From a virus (Duplodnaviria; Caudoviricetes): a stretch of 49,369 bases of DNA. The stretch spans positions 1 to 49,369 of the IMG/VR virus record IMGVR_UViG_3300037760_000117; one strand, given 5' to 3'. A program made the position numbers and the translations under genes. Of the stretch, positions 17,801-25,338 are shown one piece after another. The stretch's first letter is position 1; each line of letters opens with the position of its first letter. The notes under the pieces were generated by a model that was given only the letters and a program-made list of their open reading frames with translations, ran no database searches and was not told the DNA's origin.

Positions 17801-18036
17801 CGGGAACCGTCCCGGATGAAGCCCAACAGCGACCGGACGCCGTCCGCCACCAGGACGCAGACCGTCGTGGCGAGCAGGGCGGGGAGGTACCCGATGCCCG
17901 CACCCGAGACGCCGGCGATCAGCATGAAGCCCCAGGCGGCGAGCGGGATGAGGGTCCCGTAGGTCAGGGCCACGGCGGCAGCGCGGGACCGGCGCATCGC
18001 CGGGGTCCGGCGCTCGTCGGTTTCGGGGCGGGTCAT
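17797..18036 (-). CDS. Small 2-TM membrane protein
   Basis: 79 aa, two hydrophobic segments, ATGA overlaps. Confidence 0.5.
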   Translation of the reverse strand: MTRPETDERRTPAMRRSRAAAVALTYGTLIPLAAWGFMLIAGVSGAGIGYLPALLATTVCVLVADGVRSLLGFIRDGSR

Positions 18037-18236
18037 CGGGAACGCCCGCAGCAGGCGTAAACGCCGGTCTCGTCCGCCAGCACGCACAGCGGACACTCGG
18101 GCACCTCGTTGCCCACCTCGGGCTCGGCGGTGATGTCCTTGCCGCACCAGGACACGTCGGGGCAGCACTCGTACAGGTGCGCCACCTCGCTGTCGGTCTG
18201 CGGCGCGGTGGGCGCGGGCAGGGTCGCGGCCGTCAT
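18033..18236 (-). CDS. Small Cys-rich protein
   Basis: HLYECC..WCG...CPLC. Confidence 0.5.
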   Translation of the reverse strand: MTAATLPAPTAPQTDSEVAHLYECCPDVSWCGKDITAEPEVGNEVPECPLCVLADETGVYACCGRSR

Positions 18237-18706
18237 CGGTCACACCCCGCGTCGCAGATGCGGCGGCACGGCAGGCCCTGGACCATCCGCAGCCAGCCGG
18301 GGTCGGTGGCGTGTTCGTGGTCGATCTGCCACGCCTCGGCCAAGATCTGGAGCTTCGGGGCGCCGTACATCGAGTAGTCGGCGGCGTGGAGCCGCGCGGC
18401 CAGTTCGTCCTCACCGAGGCACCACAGCCACTCGTCGAGCTTCTCGATGGACCGGCTGGCGGAAATGCCGCGGTGGTCGACCGCCTTGCCGACGGCGAAC
18501 ACGAGGTACTCGCGTGCCCTCGTGGCTACGTCCGGGGTCGGCCACTCGTCGCGGCCGGGATCTTGCTTGAGTGCGTCGGTGTCGACGACGGTGTCGTACT
18601 CCATCGCCTCGAGCAGCGCCTCTTGCCGGAACCCGAACAAGTCGTCGCCGCCGGTGCGGACGTCGTCGAACCGTGCTCGTATCTCGGCTTGGGTTCGCAC
18701 GCTCAT
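18233..18706 (-). CDS. Hypothetical protein
   Basis: 157 aa, KAVDHRGISASRS and YGAPKL motifs, coupled. Confidence 0.6.
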   Translation of the reverse strand: MSVRTQAEIRARFDDVRTGGDDLFGFRQEALLEAMEYDTVVDTDALKQDPGRDEWPTPDVATRAREYLVFAVGKAVDHRGISASRSIEKLDEWLWCLGEDELAARLHAADYSMYGAPKLQILAEAWQIDHEHATDPGWLRMVQGLPCRRICDAGCDR

Positions 18707-18846
18707 CGCGTCACCGCCGCGGCGTGGGCCTGCCCCAACTCGGCGCCGATGGTGGCGGCGGTGGCGATCACGATCAAGGCGATTCCGATGGCGATGGCGG
18801 CGACCGCCCACGCGGGGGCGTGGCGGGTCACCGTGCGGCGGGTCAC
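18703..18846 (-). CDS. Small single-TM protein (not in the ORF track)
   Basis: GTG start, AWAVAAIAIGIALIVIATAATIG. Fills the gap with GTGA and ATGA overlaps. Confidence 0.5.
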   Translation of the reverse strand: MTRRTVTRHAPAWAVAAIAIGIALIVIATAATIGAELGQAHAAAVTR

Positions 18847-19274
18847 CGGGTGCCTGCCTCGGCCAGGTCGGTTGGCTCGACTGTGACCGTCAGGCCGTAG
18901 GCGTAGTAGAACGGGTTCCCGCAGGACCAGTTGACCTCCAGCTCCAGCACCGAGCCGGCGTCGGCGAGGATGTGCCAGCGCGCGTAGCCGTCAGTGGTGG
19001 CGACCGCTGTGATCAGGTGGTCGATGCCCGGAAGGTGCGGGATGATCTTCTCGACGTCGGTGTAGGCGCAGCAGTCGCTTTCGCCGACCAGCGTGACGGT
19101 GCGGCCATCGTCCAGGTGGAGCCGGGTCTTGTGGGCACTGTTGTCGCTGTCGACTCGCACGATGCGGTGGCCGACGACTGCGTCCGCAAGCGCTGCGACG
19201 CTGGTCGGCATGGTGCCGTCGTCGTCGTCCTGGCCGACGGTGGGGTCGATGTAGTCGCGGTAGTCACGGCTCAT
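18843..19274 (-). CDS. Hypothetical phage protein
   Basis: 143 aa, ESDCCAYT and GNPFYYAYG motifs. First gene after the Cro-like gene. Confidence 0.6.
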   Translation of the reverse strand: MSRDYRDYIDPTVGQDDDDGTMPTSVAALADAVVGHRIVRVDSDNSAHKTRLHLDDGRTVTLVGESDCCAYTDVEKIIPHLPGIDHLITAVATTDGYARWHILADAGSVLELEVNWSCGNPFYYAYGLTVTVEPTDLAEAGTR

Positions 19275-19513
19275 GCCGCACCGCCGGCGGGCGTGGTGGT
19301 GGGGAGCAGCTGCGCGACGGGCACGCCGAGCGCGGCGGCGACGGCCTCCAGCTCGGACGGGGTGAACTCCATGTCCGCGCGCTCGTTGTCGGACAGCCGC
19401 CGCCAGATGTACTGCTGCGAGAGGCGGAGCTTCCGCGCCAACTCACGCTGCGAGATCCCCTGCCGAGTCATCTCGGCGTTGATCGAACGCTTGACTGCCT
19501 GGTTGAGTTGCAC
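19271..19513 (-). CDS. Cro-like XRE HTH protein, leaderless
   Basis: INAEMTRQGISQRELARKLRLSQQYIWRRLS. GTG lies 6 nt after the -10 CATAGT. Confidence 0.85.
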   Translation of the reverse strand: MQLNQAVKRSINAEMTRQGISQRELARKLRLSQQYIWRRLSDNERADMEFTPSELEAVAAALGVPVAQLLPTTTPAGGAA

Positions 19514-19653
19514 ATGACCACTATGAACCGTGGTCCGACTCACCGCAAGCCCTGCCGGACGGATTGACCGAACGGCCAGCATGAACCATCCGATGGTTCA
19601 TTGGGTGGCGTCATGTGTTGCAATGACTCGCCAGGCGGTTCATAGTGGTCTAC
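19514..19653. promoter_or_regulatory. Lysis/lysogeny switch: divergent promoters with three TGAACC-N7-GGTTCA-type operators
   Basis: Operators at 19524-19542, 19582-19600 (perfect palindrome) and 19624-19642. Promoters TTGCAA-N17-CATAGT (+) and TTGCGG-N17-CATAGT (-). Confidence 0.75.
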
Positions 19654-20076
19654 ATGGATAGCACCTACTCACTGAATGAGCTGGTGGCCAGCGAGATCCG
19701 TGGCTGGCTCGGCAAGCGCCGGATGAGCGGGCGCCAACTCGCGGCGAAGATGCTGGTCTCCCAGACCTGGATGTCGACCCGCCTGCGCGGAGACACCGAG
19801 ATCGGCCTGAACGACTTGCAGCGCTTCGCCACCGCGCTGAACGTTCAGGTCACCGATCTACTACCCGCACCATCGAGGAGATCAGATCAGGAGACTAATG
19901 TGACCTGGTCGGCATCATCCGATCAACCCCCATCCGATCGGCCGACGGGCGCCCCGGCCCGCGCACACCACATCCCCCATTCGGCCCCCCGCCACAGCGA
20001 CACCCCCATCGCGAGCCGGACAGGCACCCGCCGCCCACGGGTCACATCATGGTCACATGACGGAGTGACCCGGTGA
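19654..20076 (+). CDS. Immunity repressor (XRE HTH) with a long low-complexity C-terminal tail
   Basis: [33 protein letters not shown]. Divergent from the Cro-like gene, GTGA overlap with the integrase. Confidence 0.82.
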   Translation: MDSTYSLNELVASEIRGWLGKRRMSGRQLAAKMLVSQTWMSTRLRGDTEIGLNDLQRFATALNVQVTDLLPAPSRRSDQETNVTWSASSDQPPSDRPTGAPARAHHIPHSAPRHSDTPIASRTGTRRPRVTSWSHDGVTR

Positions 20077-20942
20077 CCGCACAGGCGCACCATCAACTGA
20101 TGCAACCCCACCAAGACCTACTGTCCGCGTTCCTGACGCACCTGCGCGCCGACGCATCCCCCAAGACCTACCGGGACTACGCCAGCGTCCTCCGGGCCGC
20201 ACAACGCGACCTGAGCAGCGGCGTGATCGTCGCCTGCGAGGACGACCTGCGAGCGTGGATCTGGGGCCGCGACCTGGCCCCGTCCACCCGCGCCCAGTAC
20301 ACCGCCGCCGTCCGCCGCCTCCACCACTGGCTCAGGCAGCGCGGCCTGTCCGACTACGACCCGACCGAGCTGCTACCCCAGACGCCCATCCCCCGCCGGC
20401 TACCCCGGCCGGTGCCACTGGACCAGCTACAGGTCGTCCTCACCCACACCCCGCAGCCAGTCAGGCTGTGGTGCATCATCGCCACCTACACCGGCGCCCG
20501 CTGCGTAGAGCTGTCCCGGCTCGACCGCGACGACATCACCCAGCGGTCCACCCGGCTGTTCGGCAAGGGCGACAAGGAGCGCACCGTCCCCACCCACCCG
20601 GCGGTGTGGGACGCCGTCCGCGACCTACCACCCGGGCCGGTCGCCCCGCTCGCGGTGGCGGACCCGCCCAAGGAGATCAGCAAACGCATCAGCCGGGCCT
20701 GCCGGCGGGTCGGCCCCGACTGGTCGCCACGGGTGACCGCACACCGGCTGCGGCACACCCTCGCCACCGAGGTGCTGCGCAGCACGCGCGACCTACGGCT
20801 GGTGCAGGACCTACTTGGCCACGCGTCGCCGGCCACGACCGCGATCTACACCCGGGTCACGCCCGAGTGGATGGAGGCCGCGGTGGCTGCGCTCCCCGAC
20901 TGGGGTGCCACCGGATCTCCGGACGGCGCTGACCCGGCATGA
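20073..20942 (+). CDS. int: Short tyrosine integrase/recombinase
   Basis: Catalytic R (TGARCVE), K (GKGDK), HxxR (HRLRH), H (LLGH) and Y (TAIYT). 289 aa. Confidence 0.92.
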   Translation: MTAQAHHQLMQPHQDLLSAFLTHLRADASPKTYRDYASVLRAAQRDLSSGVIVACEDDLRAWIWGRDLAPSTRAQYTAAVRRLHHWLRQRGLSDYDPTELLPQTPIPRRLPRPVPLDQLQVVLTHTPQPVRLWCIIATYTGARCVELSRLDRDDITQRSTRLFGKGDKERTVPTHPAVWDAVRDLPPGPVAPLAVADPPKEISKRISRACRRVGPDWSPRVTAHRLRHTLATEVLRSTRDLRLVQDLLGHASPATTAIYTRVTPEWMEAAVAALPDWGATGSPDGADPA

Positions 20943-21192
20943 GCCGCGGCGACGAGTACCGGTCCGCCGCCACCACCCGGGGGATCCGGTCCGGTGGCAG
21001 GTGGTCCCAGCTCGGGACGATCGCGACGTCGACCAGCCGGTCACACATCAGGTCCGTCATGTCTTCCCAGCGGCGGACCAGGCTGGCCACCGGCCAGCCC
21101 TCCGCGTCCGCGACGGCGGTCAGTGCCGCGCTCCACCGGTGCAGCTCCAGCCCGCGCGGCACGTACAGGGCGGCGCGTAGCAGTTCGGGCAT
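20857..21192 (-). CDS. Degenerate serine-resolvase-like small protein
   Basis: LRAALYV..., AEGWPV and [12 protein letters not shown] follow the resolvase catalytic-domain pattern but lack the YxRxS serine. GGAGG RBS. Confidence 0.45.
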   Translation of the reverse strand: MPELLRAALYVPRGLELHRWSAALTAVADAEGWPVASLVRRWEDMTDLMCDRLVDVAIVPSWDHLPPDRIPRVVAADRYSSPRLMPGQRRPEIRWHPSRGAQPPRPPSTRA

Positions 21193-21271
21193 GGCGTACC
21201 TCCCTCGCGTGTCACCCGATAGTGATGTGATCAACGAGGCGTGTGTGATGCAGGTTACGCAGGGCAGGCCG

Positions 21272-21520
21272 TCACTTCGGGTGGTCCTCGCGGACCCGAA
21301 GGCCGATGCCAGGCTCACCCTCCACCCAGCCGGTCGCCTTCAGCTGCGCGATCGCGAACCGGAGGGTGCCGTAGCTGACCCTCCCGACGCCCTCCCACTC
21401 CCGGGCGAGCAGCCTCGGGTAGCTGGGCAGGTAGCGACCGTCGGGGCGTTCGTCGAGGTCGCGGCTGTCGCGGATCTGCTGGCGGATGGCGTCGGCCACC
21501 CGTTCCCACTTCGGCGGCAT
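21272..21520 (-). CDS. GntR-family winged-HTH regulator
   Basis: PKWERVADAIRQQI...LPSY..L...VSYGTLRFAIAQLKATGWVEGEPGIG. Confidence 0.8.
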   Translation of the reverse strand: MPPKWERVADAIRQQIRDSRDLDERPDGRYLPSYPRLLAREWEGVGRVSYGTLRFAIAQLKATGWVEGEPGIGLRVREDHPK

Positions 21521-21845
21521 GATGTTCTCCCTGGTTCGCACCAGGGAGCCTACAGGGTTGACACCGTCGAGTGGGGCAAGTCCTTGCATGACCATGTTGA
21601 CAGGGTAGCGTGTGTCGCTGTACGTTGCCTGAGTCACCCTGGTTCGCGCTTTGGGGGACACCCGCCGGCAAGGGATGACGTCGGCGGGAAGCCCGGCCCC
21701 GCGCCGGCACCCGGACACGACGATCAGCCGCTGCCGGCAGCCTCGCCTCGGGTCCAGGACAACGACGCGGGGCCGGGCGCCATCGAGGCCCCGGTCCGGC
21801 GTGACCCTGTCTCCGCCGGGCCGGGCGCACACCAAGGAGGTGCAC

Positions 21846-22040
21846 GTGCTCCACGACCTGGCCGCGGTGGCCACCACCCAGTTCCTCGCCGACATCGAGC
21901 AGGCCCGGCAGCGATGGGTGGCCGACCAGCTCGCCCGGCTCGCCCCAGACGACCGCGCCACCGCCGCCGTCTGGCTGTCCACCCACGGTGTACTGCCACC
22001 CTGGTACGCCGACCGGCTCGCCCCGGAGCCCGGGTCATGA
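21846..22040 (+). CDS. Hypothetical protein (64 aa)
   Basis: AAGGAGG RBS 5 nt before the GTG. Confidence 0.55.
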   Translation: MLHDLAAVATTQFLADIEQARQRWVADQLARLAPDDRATAAVWLSTHGVLPPWYADRLAPEPGS

Positions 22041-22171
22041 CCGCGTGGCAGCTGGTCGCCGCCGGCACCACCGCAGCCACCCTGGCCGCGGCCACCATCG
22101 CCACCGGGCTGCACCTGCTCGGCCGGCTGCTCGACCGCATGCGTGACGACGGCCTCGACCGGCGCACCTGA
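22037..22171 (+). CDS. Small hydrophobic peptide
   Basis: ATGA overlap, WQLVAAGTTAATLAAATIATGLHLLG. Confidence 0.4.
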   Translation: MTAWQLVAAGTTAATLAAATIATGLHLLGRLLDRMRDDGLDRRT

Positions 22172-22252
22172 GACCCCTGGCCGCCGCGGTGAGGACACAG
22201 CGCGGCGGCCAGGCCAACATCAACTGTGTCTACTGTGTCGAAGGAGTACGCG

Positions 22253-22810
22253 ATGTACCAGCACAACCCCAACCAGCCACCACCGCAGCCGGACACCGGC
22301 ACCCTCTACAACCCGCCCATGACCGCCAACCCGCTCACCCCGCGCGGTGGGCCGCCGCGGCGCTACCTGGTACCCGTGGTCATCATCATCGGCGTCGCCA
22401 TTGCGGCCGCCATCGGCGTGGTGCTGGCGTCCGACGGCCGCGACCAGGCCGACGGCGGGACCAGCGCCGTCGACATCCTCGCCGAGCGGGTCGAGCAGCT
22501 GCCGCCGATCGAGCACGCGGTGAGCGCGTGCAACACCACCTACTCCGAGCCCGGCGGCCGGAGTGACCAGATGCACGTCGGCGACGAGGGTCGCTCGGTC
22601 AGCATCGACGGCGCCGGCCTGCCGGCCGGTCCCGACATCTTCGAGGTGGCCTGCGTCCTGGTCGCGCTGGACGTGCCGGACTCTGTGCTCGCGCGGGTCG
22701 ACAACACGCGGGCGCTCGACGGCACCCAGACCGCCGAGTGGGACGACTACGCGGCGTCCTGGACGTACCATCCGGACGCCGGCCTGAACATGGTCATCGA
22801 GCAGCACTGA
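22253..22810 (+). CDS. Single-pass membrane protein with an extracytoplasmic domain
   Basis: AAGGAG RBS, Pro-rich N-terminus, TM segment LVPVVIIIGVAIAAAIGVVLA, two Cys, C-terminal TRALDG...SWTYHPD. Confidence 0.7.
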   Translation: MYQHNPNQPPPQPDTGTLYNPPMTANPLTPRGGPPRRYLVPVVIIIGVAIAAAIGVVLASDGRDQADGGTSAVDILAERVEQLPPIEHAVSACNTTYSEPGGRSDQMHVGDEGRSVSIDGAGLPAGPDIFEVACVLVALDVPDSVLARVDNTRALDGTQTAEWDDYAASWTYHPDAGLNMVIEQH

Positions 22811-22912
22811 CAGACTCCCGGCCGCCGCGCCTCACCCACGTAGGGCGCGGCGGCCGGGTCCCAGCACGGGGGACTCAACGCCGGCACCGTGCCGGCGGGC
22901 GGAAGGAGCGGA

Positions 22913-23767
22913 ATGAAGATCAGCAGACAGGCGGCGGTCGCGCTGGGCGTGGCCGTCGGCGGGCTCGCGCTCGCCGGGCCGGCCAGCGCGCACCACAGCA
23001 CCAACCCGAACACCAAGGACCTGGCCCACGTAGAGACCTCGCACGAGGTCGCCTGCGGGACGGCGTCGGTGACCCTGACGGTCCCCGACGGCACGCCGCA
23101 GTGGAACTACCGCCTTCAGGTCGAGGTGAACGGCGCGATCTTCGGTAGCACCGACCTGGTCAGCGGACCCGGAAGCTCAACCCTGGACGTGCCCTTCGCG
23201 GAGGACGAGGGCGGCGGCTCGGTCACCGTCAGGTACTACTTCCTCGACGCCGAGGAGTGGGACATCGTGGATGCCGAGATGAACTACAAGGCCACGTACC
23301 CCGACGTCGGCGAAGGGTTCAAGTCGTTCGAGGTGGCCACGGACTGTGCCACCGAGCCTCCGGCGACCGACCCGCCCGCCACGGACCCACCGGCGACCGC
23401 CGAGCCGTGCGTCGACGTCAACACCGCGACCGCCGACGAGCTGCTCCAGCTGAAGAACATCGACGTCGACCGGGCGCAGCAGATCCTCGACCTGCGGCCG
23501 TTCAGCTCCGTCGACGACCTCGGCCGGGTCAACGGCCTGAAGGTCGGCGGGCCGGAGCTGGCCGGGGTCGTGGCGGGCGGGGACGGCTACCTGCCGCTGT
23601 GCGAGCTGGGCGACGGCGATGAGGCGCCGGCGCCCGGGGCGGGTGGAGAGCTGCCGACCACCGGTGTGCCTGTGCCGCTGTTCGCGGGCGGCGGGGCGGT
23701 GCTGGTCGGGCTGGGCGCGGGTGTGCTGCTGCTGGTGCGCCGGCGGAAGACCGCGTTCACCGCGTAG
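22913..23767 (+). CDS. Secreted, sortase-anchored (LPTTG) surface protein with a ComEA-like helix-hairpin-helix domain
   Basis: Signal peptide ending ASA, PPATD x3 linker, VDVNTATADELLQL...RAQQILDLRPFSSVDDLGRVNGL, then LPTTG, hydrophobic helix and RRRK tail. Confidence 0.82.
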   Translation: MKISRQAAVALGVAVGGLALAGPASAHHSTNPNTKDLAHVETSHEVACGTASVTLTVPDGTPQWNYRLQVEVNGAIFGSTDLVSGPGSSTLDVPFAEDEGGGSVTVRYYFLDAEEWDIVDAEMNYKATYPDVGEGFKSFEVATDCATEPPATDPPATDPPATAEPCVDVNTATADELLQLKNIDVDRAQQILDLRPFSSVDDLGRVNGLKVGGPELAGVVAGGDGYLPLCELGDGDEAPAPGAGGELPTTGVPVPLFAGGGAVLVGLGAGVLLLVRRRKTAFTA

Positions 23768-23805
23768 GCTGGCGACTCTGCAAGTGAGGGACCGGCGAGA
23801 CGCCG

Positions 23806-23837
23806 GAAGGCCCCGACCCGTGTGGGTCGGGGCCTTC
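23806..23837. terminator. Hairpin terminator after the LPTTG gene
   Basis: GAAGGCCCCGACCC-gtgt-GGGTCGGGGCCTTC, a perfect 14-bp stem. Confidence 0.7.
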
Positions 23838-23955
23838 GCTGTGCATCCGCCCCGCCGGAGCGGGGACGTCCCGGATGACGTCCAGCTCAACGAGCCGGCG
23901 GGCGGTCGGGTTACGGATGGCGGCTAGCCGGGCCTATGGGAGCGCTCCCGCGCGG

Positions 23956-24207
23956 TCAGCGATGCAGCAGGTGGTCGACGGCGCCGCGGCTCACGCCGAT
24001 CGCCCGGGCGTACTCGGCCGGGCGAATGCCGGCCGCCACCGCATCCTGCGCGGCCTGCCGGCGGGCCTGCCCAAGCGCCGGGCGGAAGTCGTCGAGCAGC
24101 TCCACGGCCAGCTGGTTGCGCCGGACCGGGTCGCGGGCCCGGCGCAGCAGGCCGAGCTTGGCGGACAGGGCCAACAGGATGGTGTCGGTGGTGTCGGTGG
24201 TGGTCAT
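23956..24207 (-). CDS. Small HTH regulator, leaderless
   Basis: C-terminal GIRPAEYARAIGVSRGAVDHLL HTH. ATG lies 6 nt after the -10 TAGACT. Confidence 0.75.
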   Translation of the reverse strand: MTTTDTTDTILLALSAKLGLLRRARDPVRRNQLAVELLDDFRPALGQARRQAAQDAVAAGIRPAEYARAIGVSRGAVDHLLHR

Positions 24208-24213
24208 GGCTTC

Positions 24214-24311
24214 AGTCTAGGTCGGCCTAGCCCGCGCGTCTAGTGCGGCCTAGAAAATCTTGGAGAAATGTCTAGCCTGGGCTTGACGCCACGTCTAGGG
24301 TGCGCTAGACT
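24214..24311. promoter_or_regulatory. Divergent promoters overlapped by four GTCTAG-N6-CTAGAC-type operators
   Basis: Operators at 24215-24232, 24238-24255, 24270-24287 and 24293-24310. Promoters TTGACG-N17-TAGACT (+, 24283-24311) and TAGACG-N17-TAGACT (-). Confidence 0.85.
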
Positions 24312-24418
24312 ATAGTTACAACAGCAGAGAGGGACCAGGGGAAACCGAGAGAAGCTCCCCACCGCGGTTAGACCCGCCAGGGCCGACAGAGACCACAACG
24401 GACACCGAGGAGGACGCC

Positions 24419-24631
24419 ATGCTCACCAACACCTACCAGGACCGCGTCACCAAGATCTTCCGCAGCTACCTGACCGACGACAACGACAACTTCGAGGCCC
24501 TGCGGGACATGGCCTACGCGGCCATCGAGTACGAGGAGGCCCACCGGGAGGGCGACAGGCCCCGCGCGGCCCGCCTGCTGGCCCGCTACGAGGAACTGAC
24601 CACCGCCTTCGGGGTCGACCCGCTGGCCTGA
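24419..24631 (+). CDS. Small acidic hypothetical protein (70 aa)
   Basis: GAGGAGG RBS, first gene under the plus-strand promoter. Confidence 0.72.
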   Translation: MLTNTYQDRVTKIFRSYLTDDNDNFEALRDMAYAAIEYEEAHREGDRPRAARLLARYEELTTAFGVDPLA

Positions 24632-24695
24632 CCGCCCCGGGGAGGGGCTGAGCGCCCCTCCCCTTCCCGCCCACCGACACTCCGAAGGAGACACC

Positions 24696-24968
24696 ATGAA
24701 CGCCGCCAACAACCTGTCGTTCGAAGCGCACGACCTGATCGACCGCGCCATCCAGGCCGGCCGCGACCAGATGGCGCAGGCGCTGGCCGACCTGCTCACC
24801 AACCCGGAGGCCGACGCCGGAGCGGAGGGCTACCGGGACGGCATCGAGGACGCGCTGATCACCCTGGTCAACCACGGCGCCACCGACCCCCGGCCCGCCA
24901 AGCAGGACGAGCCAACGGTCTGCGGCTTCGAGCTGGACGACGGCTCGGTCGCCTACTACGAGGTGTGA
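24696..24968 (+). CDS. Small highly acidic hypothetical protein (90 aa)
   Basis: AAGGAG RBS, about 18 D/E versus 5 K/R. Confidence 0.72.
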   Translation: MNAANNLSFEAHDLIDRAIQAGRDQMAQALADLLTNPEADAGAEGYRDGIEDALITLVNHGATDPRPAKQDEPTVCGFELDDGSVAYYEV

Positions 24969-25050
24969 CCAGCCCGGTCGGGCATCCGACACCCGGGTGC
25001 CCGGCCGAGTCGGCCAGACTGGACGACACCACCACGAAGGGATGATCTTG

Positions 25051-25275
25051 ATGGACATGCAGCCCACCCGCGACCGGATCAAGGCCGGCCAGGAGATCCG
25101 CCTGGACGGCGACGAGCTAGAGCTGGTCGCCACCTACCAGCCGGTCCACCACAACTGGCTGGTAGAGGAGCGGAACCAGCTCGGCGTGGTGGCCAGCCGC
25201 TGGCTGCTGGACGACGCGCAGCTGGAGGACGAGGTCCAGCGCCGGGTCGCGGAGGGCTGGCTGGCGGAGTACTGA
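25051..25275 (+). CDS. Small acidic hypothetical protein (~74 aa)
   Basis: GAAGGGA upstream, start codon uncertain, about 16 D/E versus 8 K/R. Confidence 0.65.
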   Translation: MDMQPTRDRIKAGQEIRLDGDELELVATYQPVHHNWLVEERNQLGVVASRWLLDDAQLEDEVQRRVAEGWLAEY

Positions 25276-25283
25276 CGCAGAAA

Positions 25284-25321
25284 GCGACCGACCGGGCGCC
25301 ACCACACGCCCGGTCGGTCGC
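25284..25321. terminator. Hairpin terminator between the convergent late operon and the acidic-gene operon
   Basis: GCGACCGACCGGGCG / CGCCCGGTCGGTCGC 15-bp stem, followed by TTTC on the minus strand. Confidence 0.7.
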
Positions 25322-25338
25322 GACCACCCGAGAAAGGT

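Noticed and set aside
19850-20075. tRNA-derived attP core or tRNA gene
   Set aside because: No T-loop GTTCGA/TCGAAC context or cloverleaf visible. No tRNA gene was recognised anywhere in the window by eye.
21673-21682. GGATGACGTC shared with 23873-23882, considered as a ribozyme core or common RNA motif
   Set aside because: Lacks the hammerhead CTGATGA/GAAA core, and a single 10-mer match is within chance for 49 kb.
23922-23939. Fifth CTAG operator (GGCTAG-N6-CTATGG)
   Set aside because: Four mismatches to the consensus and no promoter context, so likely chance.
23770-23955. Possible CRISPR mini-array
   Set aside because: Only one repeat-like unit, with no second copy at spacer distance. 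Reported only as a solitary repeat candidate.
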